From contig CAVQSP010000010.1 in NCBI GenBank assembly GCA_963715985.1, positions 224,001 to 288,000 on the forward strand: 64,000 nt of DNA, read 5' to 3'. The stretch comes from an uncultured Thermoleophilia bacterium (GTDB lineage Bacteria; Actinomycetota; Thermoleophilia; UBA2241). Both the position numbers and the translations under genes were made by a program. Below, one piece after another: positions 30,360 to 41,225 of this stretch (the stretch's first letter is position 1; the number at the start of each line of letters is the position of its first letter). The notes beneath the pieces are model-generated. The model had not been told where the DNA came from. It saw only the letters and a program-made list of their open reading frames with translations, and did not search any database.

Positions 30360-31605
30360 TCAGTGACGCGGCGCCGTGCGCACGCGTTCGAGGATGTCCA
30401 GGTAGTCGTGCGCGAGGGCGCGGCGGTCGAAGCGCTCCAGCACGTACCGCCGCCCGGCGGCGCCCATGCGGGCGCGTTCGTCCGGGTCGTCGGCGAGCCG
30501 CACGGCGGCCGCGGCCAGCTCGGCGTCGTTGGACGGCTCGAAGGCGATGCCGCAGCGCGGCCTCCTCGAGCATCGCCCTGGCGTCGCCCTCGAAGCCGAG
30601 CAGGATCGGCCGCTCCATGGCCGCGTCCTCGAAGAACTTGCTCGGGAGGATGGTGCCGAAGAGGTCGTCCTTGCGGAAGTGCACGAGGCAGGCGTCGCTG
30701 CTCGCCAGGTAGCGCGGCAGCTCGGGGCGCGGCACCAGGCCGGTGAAGACGACGTTGTCGAGGCCCTCGGCGCGCGCCCGCTGCTCGAGCCCGGCGCGTA
30801 CCGCGCCGTCGCCGATCAACAGGAAGGCGATGTCGGCGCGACCTTGCGCTTTGAGGCGCGCAGCCGCGTCCAGCGCCACCTCGAGCCCGCTCGCCATGCC
30901 GATGGTGCCGGCGAACGTGACGACGAACGTCTGAGGTCCGAAGCCGAGGCGCGCCCGCAGCTGCGCGTCGGGCGGGCGCGGCGTGAAGAGGTCGGCGTCC
31001 ACGCCGTTGGTGACGACCGAGATCTTGGACGGCGGCACGCCTTTGCGGACCATGTTCATGCGGTAGCCCTCGCCCACGGCGACGATGTGGTCGGCGCCGT
31101 CGTACAGGGCCTTCTCGAGCTTGCCCAGGGCGCGCACCACGCGGCCCTCCCTGAGCGCGCCGACGGCCGTGATGGAGTCCGGCCAGATGTCGCGGATCTC
31201 GAGCACGAAGGGGGCGCCGTGGGCCCGTGCGACCGGCCAGCCCGCCCAGCCGGCGAAGAACTGCGGGCTGGTGGCGATGACCACGTCGGCGCGCGGCCGC
31301 AGCAGCGGGCCGGCCGCGCCGGCCGCGGCCAGGTACGACAGGTAGTTGAGGCCGCGGCGCCCGCGGCCGCGGTTGGCGGCCAGGTACGTCCACACGCGCA
31401 CCGTGCGGATGCCGTCGATCCACTCCTCCTGGAAGAGCTTGTTCTCGTAGCCCTCGTACACCACGCCGGCCGGGACGTTGGGCGCGCAGGTCAGCACGGT
31501 GACGCTGTGCCCCACGCGCGCCCACTCCTTCGCCATGGCGTGCACGCGCGCCGCCGGGGCGTTGTTCTCGGGGACGAAGTAGTGGGTCAGAAAGAGGATG
31601 TGCAC
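30360..31605 (-). CDS. Glycosyltransferase family 4 (WbuB-like; frameshift near 3' end)
   Basis: HYFVPE, TSPQFF, EIRDIWP, NGVD and PSKFFE. Confidence 0.9.
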
Positions 31606-31650
31606 GATGCGGGGCTCCCGGTCGGGGAGGGCAGGTCGGGTCGGGTGGGC

Positions 31651-32695
31651 CTAGTCGTCCCAGAACACCTGGTCGTAGTACCGCACCGAGCGGCGGCTGG
31701 AGCGCACGCGCGCCTGGATAGCGGCCACGTCGTCGGCGCTCAGCTCGCCGAGCGCGTACTTGATGCCGAGGTACGGGATGATGAAATCCTCCTGGTAGAC
31801 GAACGTGCTCACGCGCGGGTTGATCTCCAGGAGGCGGCCGCCGATCCACTGCACGCTCTGGTAGTAGTCCAGCTGCAGGTGGCGCACCACCTTGCGTGTG
31901 AGCTCGACGAGCTCAGGTCGGTCGATGGTCTTGAACGCCATCGCCAGGCCGGTGAGGAACTCCTCGCGGGTGCGCGTCTGGTGGAAGACGACCTCGCCCT
32001 TGTCGGCGAAGAGGTCCACGGTGACCTCGGGCGCGTCCACGTACTCCATCAGCATGAGGTCGGGGAAGGGCTCGTAGCCGCGGAAGAGGTCGACGAAGTC
32101 GTCGAGCGTCATGTAGCGGTTGATGGGCCTCTCGTGCAGGAGGTCGTGCACGCGGTCCACGTGCGCGGAGAGGATGCGGAACCCGCGCGAGCCCTTGGCC
32201 ACCGGCGGCTTGAAGCACACCGGCACGTCCGGGTAGCCGAGCTGCCGGGCGCCGGCGACGAACTCGTCCAGGCTCGCCGGCCGGATGAGCTGCGGCTGCG
32301 GCACGGGGATCTCGCTGCAGGCGGCGTGCATCACGGCCTTGTCGCCGGCGATCTCGATGCCGCGCACGCCGTCGGCGAGCACGCGCGCGCCGAGCGCTTC
32401 GAACACGTCGCGGTGGCGCGCCACCGTCTCGATCTCGTGCGAGGACTGTACGAAGAGCAGGTCCGGACGCTCGCGCCCGACGCACCGCGGCGAGCCCGGG
32501 GATGTACTCGGGCGACGCACCGGCCGGCACCAGGCTGAAGCCGTCGCAGAGGAAGCGGCCCACAGCGTCCGCGCGCATGTCCACGCCGTGGATGTGGATC
32601 TCACGCTCGCCGTTGGCCTTGAGCATGCGGATGAGCGTGCTCGCGCCGGGGCAGCCGGCGGCGGTGAGGACGAGCTTGAGCGGCGGCAGGGTCAT
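31651..32695 (-). CDS. ATP-grasp protein (frameshifted)
   Basis: TAAGCPG N-terminus; DK, KPPVAKGSRGF, MEY, VDL and LEINPR. Confidence 0.85.
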
Positions 32696-32732
32696 GCGCG
32701 GGCGCAACGCGGTGCGTCGCCGGTGCGGGGAG

Positions 32733-33371
32733 CTAGAGGATCCAGCGGTACACCTCGAACACCTCGGCGTACTCGCAACCGATGTTGATGCCGCGCGTCA
32801 GCGCCACGTTGCGGATGTAGTCCTCGCGCGTGTAGTTGCGGTGGCCCTGGCTCTCGTAGCAGGCCAGGGCCTGCACCTTCTTCTCCACGTGGCGCTCCTC
32901 CAGCCGCACGTACGCCTGCTGCTGGAAGTTGAGGTTGTTCCAGGGGATCTCGTAGGCCATCACGGTGGTGCGCTTGAAGGCGCGCAGCCCCTCTTCCGCG
33001 ATGGTCTTGTGGTCCTGGTGGAGGTCGATGAGCGCCGGCATGAGCACGCAGTCGGGGTCCAGCGTCTGCTGGAGCACGATCATCTCCTCGAGGATGTCCT
33101 GGCGGAGCGTGGGGAACATGCGGACCTCGAAGTCGTACACCTTGAGGTCGGCTTCGGGGATGCCGAGCAGGCCGGTGGCGGCGCGCACCTCGTGCTTGAG
33201 GACGTCCTTGGGGAAGCCTTCGGGCACGCTCTTGGCAGCGGTGCTGAAAGCCGCGTAGGTGACCTTGACGCCGCTCTCGATGAGGCGCGCCATGGTGCCG
33301 CCGCAGCCGAACTCGCCGTCGTCGGTGTGTGGTGCGAGGACGAGGACGTTGTGGAACCGTTCGATGCTCAC
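32733..33371 (-). CDS. PIG-L/LmbE family deacetylase
   Basis: LAPHTDDGEFGCGG, HQDH, YE and YESQ. Confidence 0.92.
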   Translation of the reverse strand: MSIERFHNVLVLAPHTDDGEFGCGGTMARLIESGVKVTYAAFSTAAKSVPEGFPKDVLKHEVRAATGLLGIPEADLKVYDFEVRMFPTLRQDILEEMIVLQQTLDPDCVLMPALIDLHQDHKTIAEEGLRAFKRTTVMAYEIPWNNLNFQQQAYVRLEERHVEKKVQALACYESQGHRNYTREDYIRNVALTRGINIGCEYAEVFEVYRWIL

Positions 33372-33431
33372 GTGAGGTGCTCCCCTCGGTGAGGCGTTTC
33401 GTGGGTCGGGCCGCGAGGCGCCGGGCGGCCG

Positions 33432-34565
33432 TCAGGCGAGCCCGGCGCAGAGCGAACCGTAGAAGTCTACCAAATCGCCCTGCACCGCCTCCCAGGAGTA
33501 GGCGCGCTGCACAGCGCTGCGGCCGCGCGCGCCCATCTCCGCAAGGGCCGGACGGTCCGCCAGCAGGCGCCGCACGCCGTCCAGGTGGCCTTCGACGCCG
33601 GGCGGCACGGCGAGGCCGCAGTCCTCGCGGCGGACCAGGTCGCCGCGCCCCGGCATGTCGCTGACCAGCGCCGCGAGCCCCACGGTCATGCCCTCGAGCA
33701 GCTTGGTGGGGATCGTCGGGTGGCTGTACTGGCGGTCGGGCTGCGACGGCACCCAGACGACGTCGGCGGCCGCCAGATAGCGCGGCAGATCAGCGGGGGC
33801 GATACGGCCCAGCAGTCGCACACGGTCGTCGAGGCCCTCGGCGAGCCGCCGCTTCACCTCCTGCTCGATCGCCGGCGAGGCGAACGTGCCGCCGAGATAC
33901 AGCACCGCGTCGGCGGCGGCCAGCTGCTCCATCACATCGAGCATCTGCGCGGTGCCGCGGCTGTGAGACAGGCTGCCCACGTAGATGAGCTTGAGCCGCG
34001 GGTCGGCCGCGAGGTCGGGCAGCGGCTCGGCGCCGTCGAAGCGCTCCAGCCGTGGGTAGTTGGGCAGCACGCAGCGCAGGGTGGGCCTTGCGCCGAGGGC
34101 CTGCAGCTGCTCGTCGGTCACCACCACCACGCCGTGGGCCATGGCCGCCAGGCTCCTCTGCGCCGTCGCGGTCGCCTGGGAGGCCAGGGGCCGCACGGCT
34201 CCCGGGATGTAGTGCTTGCCGGCCACTGCCTCGGGCACGTACTCGTGCATGTCGTACACCAGACGCGGCACGAACGCCCTGACCGCCGGGAAGAGCGTGA
34301 GCAGCTCGGGGTCGTGCACGTGCAGCACGTCCGGGCGCAGGGCGCGCAGGGCCCTGGTGATCTCGACGCTGCTCAGGAAGCGCGTCGTACGCCCGCGTAC
34401 CGGCAGTGGGGCGAGCAGCACGCCCGCGTCGTCGCGGCTCCTCCGGGCGCCGGGCACGAGGTACATCACCTGGTAGCCGGCCCGCGCGAGGGTGCGGCAC
34501 TCGCGCTCGTGGATGCGCGGGTCGTCCGGTCTGTGCACCACGCTGAGGTGGAGCACGCGGGTCAC
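33432..34565 (-). CDS. Glycosyltransferase family 4
   Basis: SVVHRPDDPRI, HDPELL, YDMHE and PTKLLE. Confidence 0.88.
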   Translation of the reverse strand: MTRVLHLSVVHRPDDPRIHERECRTLARAGYQVMYLVPGARRSRDDAGVLLAPLPVRGRTTRFLSSVEITRALRALRPDVLHVHDPELLTLFPAVRAFVPRLVYDMHEYVPEAVAGKHYIPGAVRPLASQATATAQRSLAAMAHGVVVVTDEQLQALGARPTLRCVLPNYPRLERFDGAEPLPDLAADPRLKLIYVGSLSHSRGTAQMLDVMEQLAAADAVLYLGGTFASPAIEQEVKRRLAEGLDDRVRLLGRIAPADLPRYLAAADVVWVPSQPDRQYSHPTIPTKLLEGMTVGLAALVSDMPGRGDLVRREDCGLAVPPGVEGHLDGVRRLLADRPALAEMGARGRSAVQRAYSWEAVQGDLVDFYGSLCAGLA

Positions 34566-36031
34566 GCTGTGGCCTCCTGCCAGCGGGCCACGATGTCCGC
34601 CGCGCGGCCGCAGACGGCGCCGTGCGCGAGCGCCTGGTCCACCAGGCGCCAGTACACGGCGTCGTACCCACGCGAGATGCGCGGGTCGAAGCGGTTGTTG
34701 TGCCAGAGCAGGCTGACCGCGCCGCCGCTGCGCAGGGCGCGGGAGAGCGCGGAGGCGGCGGCGTGCTCGGCCTCTGCCGCCGCCAGGCCGCGGTAGTGCG
34801 GCTCCTGCAGCGTGCCGTCCATCACCGCCAGCGGCAGCTCGACGAGGCGCAGCGGCCGGTCCTTGGCCAGCGAGTACGGGCGGAAGGGGAACGAGCAGGC
34901 GCAGCGGAAGCCCTCGTGCTCGGCGAAGGCCAGCGACGTGTCGTAGGTGAAGCCGGCTGTCTCCAGGAACGGCAGCGTCTCGTGGTACAACGCCCGCAGG
35001 TAGTGGTAGCGGATGCCGGTCACGTCGACGCCGGCGTGGCGCCCCAGCGCCTCGCGGTCGCGGCCGACCTCGTCCGCGCCAAGGCGGTCGGCGTCGTTGC
35101 CGTGCAGGCCCACCTCGCGCTCCCCCTTTCGCAGGAGGCGCAGTGCTGCGGGGAGGCGCTTGTGGTAGGTCTCCGGCTGGTTGCCGTCCCGCTTGTGGGT
35201 GTGCCGCGCGATCACGAAGAAGGTGGACGACACGCCGCGCGCGTCCTCCCCCTCGATGATCTGCGGGAAGGTCCAGAAGGGGTCCGTGCCGCGCGGCAGG
35301 TGACGGACCAGCCAGTCGGCGCCGTCGCCGAGCTCGCGGCGCAGGGCGCGCGCGTCGCGCGCCTTGACGGCGCGGGCGCTGCGGTAGCCGGCGGCGGCCA
35401 GGCCGCGCGGAGTCCAGCGCCACAGGTTGTCGAGGTCGTGCGTGAGGGCGACGGCGAAACCGGCCTCGCCCTCCCACATCCAACCGGCCCGAGGCAGTGG
35501 CTCGAGCCCGAGCTCCGCCAGCCGCGGGGCGAGGACGGCGCGCAACACGCCCACGTAGCGGTCGACCTCCGGCTCCTCCAGGCGCAGCGCCGGGTTGGCC
35601 GCGAAGACGCTCGCCGCCATCGGCAGCCGTCCGTACTGGTCGCGCTCGGTGCTGGTGCGCTCGTCCCAGCAGGCCAGCAGCACGAAGGCGGAGGCCACAA
35701 GGTCGAACGGCAGGGCGAAATCGGCGCCGGGATCGGCGGCGAAGGCACCCACGGCGAAGCCGTGGTCGCTCCGCCGCACGGTGAAGGCGCCGGGGGGCAA
35801 CGGCCGCGCGGCCGCGAGGAGCTCCATGCCGGCCGCGCCGCAGGGGATCGTCGGCACACCCGGCACGGGCTCGGGCGCATACGCAAAGGCCGTGCCGCCC
35901 GCTTGCGCCGGGTCGGTGACGATGCGGGCCCGGCGCCCCAGCGGCGCGAGCATCGTGGTCAGCGCCCAGGCGGCGCGCGGCACGAAGCCGGCGGGCGCGC
36001 CCACGAAGACCTGCAGCTCGGGCAGGCTCAC
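34562..36031 (-). CDS. Polysaccharide deacetylase family protein
   Basis: LTHDLD, STFFV, EVGLHG, RYHYLR, YDTS, GFR...FPF and LLWHN. Confidence 0.85.
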   Translation of the reverse strand: MSLPELQVFVGAPAGFVPRAAWALTTMLAPLGRRARIVTDPAQAGGTAFAYAPEPVPGVPTIPCGAAGMELLAAARPLPPGAFTVRRSDHGFAVGAFAADPGADFALPFDLVASAFVLLACWDERTSTERDQYGRLPMAASVFAANPALRLEEPEVDRYVGVLRAVLAPRLAELGLEPLPRAGWMWEGEAGFAVALTHDLDNLWRWTPRGLAAAGYRSARAVKARDARALRRELGDGADWLVRHLPRGTDPFWTFPQIIEGEDARGVSSTFFVIARHTHKRDGNQPETYHKRLPAALRLLRKGEREVGLHGNDADRLGADEVGRDREALGRHAGVDVTGIRYHYLRALYHETLPFLETAGFTYDTSLAFAEHEGFRCACSFPFRPYSLAKDRPLRLVELPLAVMDGTLQEPHYRGLAAAEAEHAAASALSRALRSGGAVSLLWHNNRFDPRISRGYDAVYWRLVDQALAHGAVCGRAADIVARWQEATA

Positions 36032-37242
36032 ACGTCTGCCCTGGCGCGCGGCGCGCGTGTCACGATCTGCCTGGCGACCGTCCAGGCGTTGAGCAGCCCG
36101 GGCACTGGGTCGTCCAGCGCGTGCAGCCCGTCCATGCGCGTGCCGCGCAGCGAGCGCACGTAGGCGACCGGGTCGCGCTGCCGTTTGGCGACCTCGAGCA
36201 GCGCCAGCGGAACGTCCTTGTTCGCGACGATCCACTTGACGCCGTCGACCTGGTGCGGCGCCACGAACGGCCTGCCGACGGCATCGCCGTACGCGGCCAG
36301 CGAGAGGTTCACGCCGCAGGCCGCGGCCAGCCCGTGCCACTTCCAGTGGCGGGCGTTGACCTCCATGAGGCGGAAGCGCCCGTCGCGCGGGTCGCGCTTG
36401 AACTCCACCTGGCTCACGCCGTGAAAGCGCAGCTCCTGCAGGAGGCGGAGCGCCGCGTCGGCGAGGTCCTCGTCCCAGGCACTCACTCCCGCCAGGCAGC
36501 TGCCGCCCGCGTGCGGGTACTGGCGCAGCTTGTGACCGGTGAACACGGCCAGCGGCCGCGAGCCCGCGTCCAGGTACGAGCCCACGGTCCAGAGCTCGTG
36601 CTCACCGCCGGGGATGCGCTCCTGCAGCATGAGCACGCCGAGGTCGTCGACCTTGTCGTAGATGCGCCGCAGCTCGGCCGGGCTCTGGATGTCGAGGATG
36701 TGGCGGTGGAAGCGCAGCTTGAAGGCCAGAGACTCCACGGGCTTGAGTACGGCCGGGAACGGCACCTCGCCGGCGGCGGCCTCCAGCTCGGCGCCGGAGC
36801 TCACGAAGACCGTCCTGGGCAGGTCCACGCCGGCGCGCGCGGCGGCGTCCATCTGCGCGCGCTTGTCGTACACGCGCTGCATGACGTCCCAGCGCGAGAA
36901 CGGCACGATGAACCAGGGCTCGAGCCGTTCGGCGTTGCGCGAGAGCGGCCAGATGTACTCGTCGTGACTGGGGAAGACCACGGCGCGCTGCGGCAGGCGC
37001 GCGCCGAAGCCCTCGAGCCAGGTGAGGAAGGCCTCCTCGTCGGCGAGCGGGTCCGGGCACACGGCGCCCGCGGCGAAGCGCGAGCTCAGGCCGATGGCGG
37101 AGGGGTCGGCGTCCAGGCCGATCACGGGGACGCCGTGACGTCCCAGGTCGCGCACCACGTCGAGGCCGCAGGCGTAGCTCACCTGGAAGACGGCGGCGGG
37201 GGGCTGCGCCGCCGCCGCGCCGATGAAGCTCGTGAACCTCAA
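36028..37242 (-). CDS. ATP-grasp carboxylate-amine ligase (D-aspartate ligase-like)
   Basis: DK, LKP, LQERIPG, KLRQYP, EFKRDPRDG and MEVNAR. Confidence 0.88.
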   Translation of the reverse strand: MRFTSFIGAAAAQPPAAVFQVSYACGLDVVRDLGRHGVPVIGLDADPSAIGLSSRFAAGAVCPDPLADEEAFLTWLEGFGARLPQRAVVFPSHDEYIWPLSRNAERLEPWFIVPFSRWDVMQRVYDKRAQMDAAARAGVDLPRTVFVSSGAELEAAAGEVPFPAVLKPVESLAFKLRFHRHILDIQSPAELRRIYDKVDDLGVLMLQERIPGGEHELWTVGSYLDAGSRPLAVFTGHKLRQYPHAGGSCLAGVSAWDEDLADAALRLLQELRFHGVSQVEFKRDPRDGRFRLMEVNARHWKWHGLAAACGVNLSLAAYGDAVGRPFVAPHQVDGVKWIVANKDVPLALLEVAKRQRDPVAYVRSLRGTRMDGLHALDDPVPGLLNAWTVARQIVTRAPRARADV

Positions 37243-37276
37243 CGCGCCTCACCTTCGCCGTGGTCGAGGCGGCGCC

Positions 37277-38497
37277 TCACGGCGCCTCCCCCTCGTGCGG
37301 CTCCCCAGTGCGGGTGACGATGCGCTTGAGCTGGCGGCCGGTGATCAGCAGGCCCGGCACAGGGTCGCGCAGCGAGTACAGGCCGTCGACCTTGACGCCC
37401 CGGTACGAGCGGAGCCACGGGCCGAGCTTCTCGTCGCCGCGCCGCCACCGCGAGAGTGCGTCGCGCGCGTCGGTGAGCGCGACCACCCACTTCTTGCCGT
37501 CCACCTGGCGCGGCGCCATGTACGGGTCGCCGATGGCGTCGCGGTAGGCGGCCAGCGAGAGGTTCACGCCGCACGCGGTCGCCAGGCTGTGCCACATCCA
37601 GTGCCGCGCGTTGACCTCCATGAGGCGGTAGCGCCCGTCGCGCGGGTCGCGCTTGAACTCCACCTGGCTGACGCCGTGGTAGCCGAGCTCGTGGAGCAGG
37701 CGCAGGCCCGCCTCCGCGAGCTCGGGCACCCAGGCGCTCACAGCCATGCTCACGTGCCCGAAGCGCGGGGGGTGCTGGCGCAGCTTGTGCCCGGTGAACT
37801 GCGCCAGCGGGCGGCTCTGCGCGTCCAGGTATGAGCCCAGCGTGTACAGCTCCTCGTCACCGCCCGGCACGATGTCCTGCAGCATCAGCGTGCCGCAGTC
37901 GCGGACCGCGTCGTACACGCGCAGCAGCTCGTCCCTGGAACCGATCTCCAGCACGTGCCGCCGGAACCGCACCTTGAACGCCAGCGACTCGACCGGCTTG
38001 AAGATGGCCGGAAAGCCGATCTCCTCGGCGCCGCGCTCGAGGTCGTCGTCGCCGTCCACGAACACCGTCTTCGGGGTGTCCACCCCGACCCGCCAGGCGG
38101 TCTCCAGCTGCTCGCGCTTGTCGTGCAGGCGCCGCATGGTCTCCCAGTGAGAGAAGGGGATGATGAACCACTTCTCCAGGCGCTCGGCGTGCCGCGAGAT
38201 CGGCCAGATGTACTGGTCGTGCGTGGGGAACAACACCGGGCGCCGGCTGAAGCGCCCTCCGAGATCCTCGAGGAAGCGCAGGAACTCAGCCTCGTGCTCG
38301 CGGGGATCGGGGCACACCGCTCCGGCCGCCAGGCGCGAGTGCAGGCCGAGGGCGCGCGCGTTGGAGTCCAGGGCCAGGAGAGGGACGCCCGTCTGGGAGA
38401 GGTCGCGGATGATGTCGAGGCCGTTGGCCCACGACACCTGCATCACGATGGCCGCGTTGCGTTCCTCAGCCGCTTTCATGAACCTGTCGAAGCGCAT
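37277..38497 (-). CDS. ATP-grasp carboxylate-amine ligase (close paralog of 36028..37242)
   Basis: Same motifs: KPVESLAFK, FTGHKLRQ and EFKRDPRDGRYRLMEVNARHW. Confidence 0.88.
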   Translation of the reverse strand: MRFDRFMKAAEERNAAIVMQVSWANGLDIIRDLSQTGVPLLALDSNARALGLHSRLAAGAVCPDPREHEAEFLRFLEDLGGRFSRRPVLFPTHDQYIWPISRHAERLEKWFIIPFSHWETMRRLHDKREQLETAWRVGVDTPKTVFVDGDDDLERGAEEIGFPAIFKPVESLAFKVRFRRHVLEIGSRDELLRVYDAVRDCGTLMLQDIVPGGDEELYTLGSYLDAQSRPLAQFTGHKLRQHPPRFGHVSMAVSAWVPELAEAGLRLLHELGYHGVSQVEFKRDPRDGRYRLMEVNARHWMWHSLATACGVNLSLAAYRDAIGDPYMAPRQVDGKKWVVALTDARDALSRWRRGDEKLGPWLRSYRGVKVDGLYSLRDPVPGLLITGRQLKRIVTRTGEPHEGEAP

Positions 38498-38506
38498 GTC
38501 TCCCTC

Positions 38507-39682
38507 TCAGGTCTCGCGGCGCAGCACGCGCTCGTACACTTCGCGGGTGAGCCGCGCGTTGCGCTCCCAGCTGAGGGCCAGGGCGGCGGCCTTGCCGGCG
38601 TCGCCTACGGCCGCCGCCTTCAGCGGATCGTCCAGCACCCCGGCGATGATATCTGCCAGCGCGGCCGGGTCGCGAACCGGGACGAGGTAGCCGCTCACCC
38701 CGTCCTCGATGAAGTCCTCGGGGCCTTCGCCCTTGCCCGCCACCACCGGGGTGCCCTGTGCCATGGCCTCGGTGTAGACGAGACCGAAGGCCTCGTCCCA
38801 GCTGGGCAGGGCGAAGAGGTCGGCGCGCGCCATGAGCGACAGCACGCGCGCGTGCTCCACGCGGCCGAGGAAGTGGACGCTGTCGGCCACGCCCTCGGCG
38901 GCGGCCTGTTCGGCGAGAGCGCCGCGCAGCGGGCCGTCGCCGACGACGGCGAGCTGGACGCGGCGGCCGGCGCGGCGCAGCCGCCCGGTGGCCGCCACCA
39001 GCTCGCGCAGGCCCTTGCGCTCGATCAGGTACCCCACCGTGAGCACGAGAGGCTCGCCGGGCAGGTAGTCGTCCGCCGGCGTGACCGCCTGCCCGAGGCC
39101 GGTGGTGCCGTTGAGCACCACGGTGAGGCGCTCGGGCGTCACCGTGCCGGCCAGCAGGCGCGCCACGGCGCTCGAGTTGGCCATCACGGCGTCGGCGCCG
39201 CCGAGCACGCTCCTGGCGCGGCGCTCCACGGCGCCGCCCATGCGGAAGTGCTGGTACACGTCGGCGCCGTGCACGGTGACCACGTACGGCACGCGCAGGT
39301 CGGCGGCCAGGCGCTGCGCGAGCGCGCCGTCGGGCAGCGCCTGGTGCGCGTGCACGAGGTCGTACCGACCGGCCGTCACCGACGGCAGCGAGCAGACCTT
39401 GCGGTAGGCGAGGTCGCCGAGGCGGTCGAAGAGCAGGCGCCTCGGCGGCTGCAGCACGCGCGGATACTCGGCCACGATGCCGTCGCGCACCGCCTCCCTG
39501 GGCTTCTCGGCGCGGCGGCGCTGGCGCGGGTCGCGGCGCAGCACCGGCGGCACCCACGGTGTGGGGCTGATGACGTGCGCCTCCACGCCGAGCTCGCGCA
39601 GCGCCAGGAGCTGCTCGTGCACGAAGAGGTGGCGCTCCACGCCGGGCGACGGGTACAGGTGCGAGATGACGAGGATCTTCAC
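38507..39682 (-). CDS. Glycosyltransferase family 4 (TuaC-like)
   Basis: Own GTG start with RBS (VKILVISHLYP); VHAH, TVHGAD, RKG and EAFGLVYTEAMA. Confidence 0.88.
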   Translation of the reverse strand: MKILVISHLYPSPGVERHLFVHEQLLALRELGVEAHVISPTPWVPPVLRRDPRQRRRAEKPREAVRDGIVAEYPRVLQPPRRLLFDRLGDLAYRKVCSLPSVTAGRYDLVHAHQALPDGALAQRLAADLRVPYVVTVHGADVYQHFRMGGAVERRARSVLGGADAVMANSSAVARLLAGTVTPERLTVVLNGTTGLGQAVTPADDYLPGEPLVLTVGYLIERKGLRELVAATGRLRRAGRRVQLAVVGDGPLRGALAEQAAAEGVADSVHFLGRVEHARVLSLMARADLFALPSWDEAFGLVYTEAMAQGTPVVAGKGEGPEDFIEDGVSGYLVPVRDPAALADIIAGVLDDPLKAAAVGDAGKAAALALSWERNARLTREVYERVLRRET

Positions 39683-41225
39683 CCCTCGGCCTCCGCCCGC
39701 TCGACGGTGCGACGCTCGCGCAGCGCCGGGCGCGAGGTCATGCCCCGGCGCGGCCGCCGCCGCCAGCCGCGACCGCGAGATCACGGCGAGGCCCAGCCCA
39801 TACAGGATCCACAGCGGCGCGAAGCTCACCGAGCTGCTGGGGCCGACGGCTCCCACCGTCCAGCCCAGCAGCGCCAGCACCGTGCCGCTGGCCAGGTAGC
39901 GCGTGAACGGGTCCGGGTCGCCGCGGGCGATGGGCCACAGCCCCACCACCAGGAGCACGAAGAAGGTGAGGTGCAGGGCGAAGCCCACGAGCCCGCCGTT
40001 CGCGTAGGTCTCCAGCCACCAGTCGTGCAGGTTGGAGATGCCGAGGGCGTTGGTGCCCGACGAGATGATGCTCTCCGCCTGCCCGGGGCCCGCGCCGAGC
40101 AGGAAGGTGCTGCCGGCGATCTGGAAGCCGCGGCTCGTGAGGCTGGAGCGGATCTCACCGGAGCCCTTGCCGGCCTGGGCCTGGTCGAGCAGCGCCTCCA
40201 GACGGAACTGGCGCAGCATGTCGCTCTGCGAGTCGTTGAACAGCAGGTAGCCGGCGCTCGCCACGAGCACGACGGCCACCACGGCCGTGATGATCTTGCC
40301 GGTGCGCGGCGAGAAGCGGGCGCTCAGGTGCCAGAACAGGACGACGGCGGCCAGGGTCGAGATGCCGGCCGCCACCAGGCTGGAGCGTGAGCCGGTGCGC
40401 ACGAACGCGGCGGCGCCGAGCAGGATGAGCAGGACGTCGAGAGCCAGCCAGCGCAGCTTCCTCGTGAAGAAGAAGGCGCACAGCATGAACGGCCAGCAGA
40501 AGGCGAGGTACGTGGCCAGGTCGTTCTGGTTCACGAAGACGCTGGTCACGGCGTAGGTCTGCGAGGTGACGGCGGTGATGAGACGCGAGGTGGGCAGGCG
40601 CACGCCGAAGCGTGCCTCCAGCATGCTGAAGCCGGCCACGAAGAGGTAGGCGAGCACGAGGAAGCAGCCGAGCCAGATCAGGCGACGGCGGGTGCCTCCG
40701 GCCGCCGCCGTCGCCAGCATGAGCGCCATCATCGTGACGACGATGGCGAGGTAGTCGAGCGCGCCCGGCTTGTCCGCCGACCAGGCGAGCCCGATGAACA
40801 GCCAGGCGAACCAGAGGACGATGGGCAGGGCCACGTCCTGCGCCGCGAACGGCAGCGGCTCGCGGCGCACGATGAGGTAGGTCACGCCGAGCGCCACGAT
40901 GCCGGCGAGCACGAGGCGGAAGAGGAAGAGCTGTGGGAACGCCGGCACCGCGAACGACGGCCCCAGCAGGGCCGCGGCCGGCAGCACGACCAGGCCGGCG
41001 ACCAGCAGCGAGCTCACGCGCAGGCGCGCCAGGCGCGGGCGCGCGAGCAGGACGAAGGCGATCACGGCGAGGACGACCGAGCAGGCCCAGCGCCGGGAGC
41101 GGCTTGCGCGCTGCGGCCGCCGCGAGCAGCGCGGTGAGCGCGACGCCCGCGGCCACGACGGCCGCGTCGGTGCGCGTGAAGCGGGCCCGCGGCGCCGGGG
41201 CGGCGCCCGGAGCGCGGGCGCTCAC
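39679..41225 (-). CDS. O-antigen ligase/Wzy polymerase family membrane protein (TuaE-like; indels)
   Basis: About 12 TM segments; NQNDLA, TGSRS, GAGPG and LHDWWLE. Confidence 0.82.

Noticed and set aside
38507-41065. Wzy-GT4 fusion
   Set aside because: The GT4 has its own RBS and GTG overlapping a TGA (GTGA coupling), so the fusion is probably an indel artefact.
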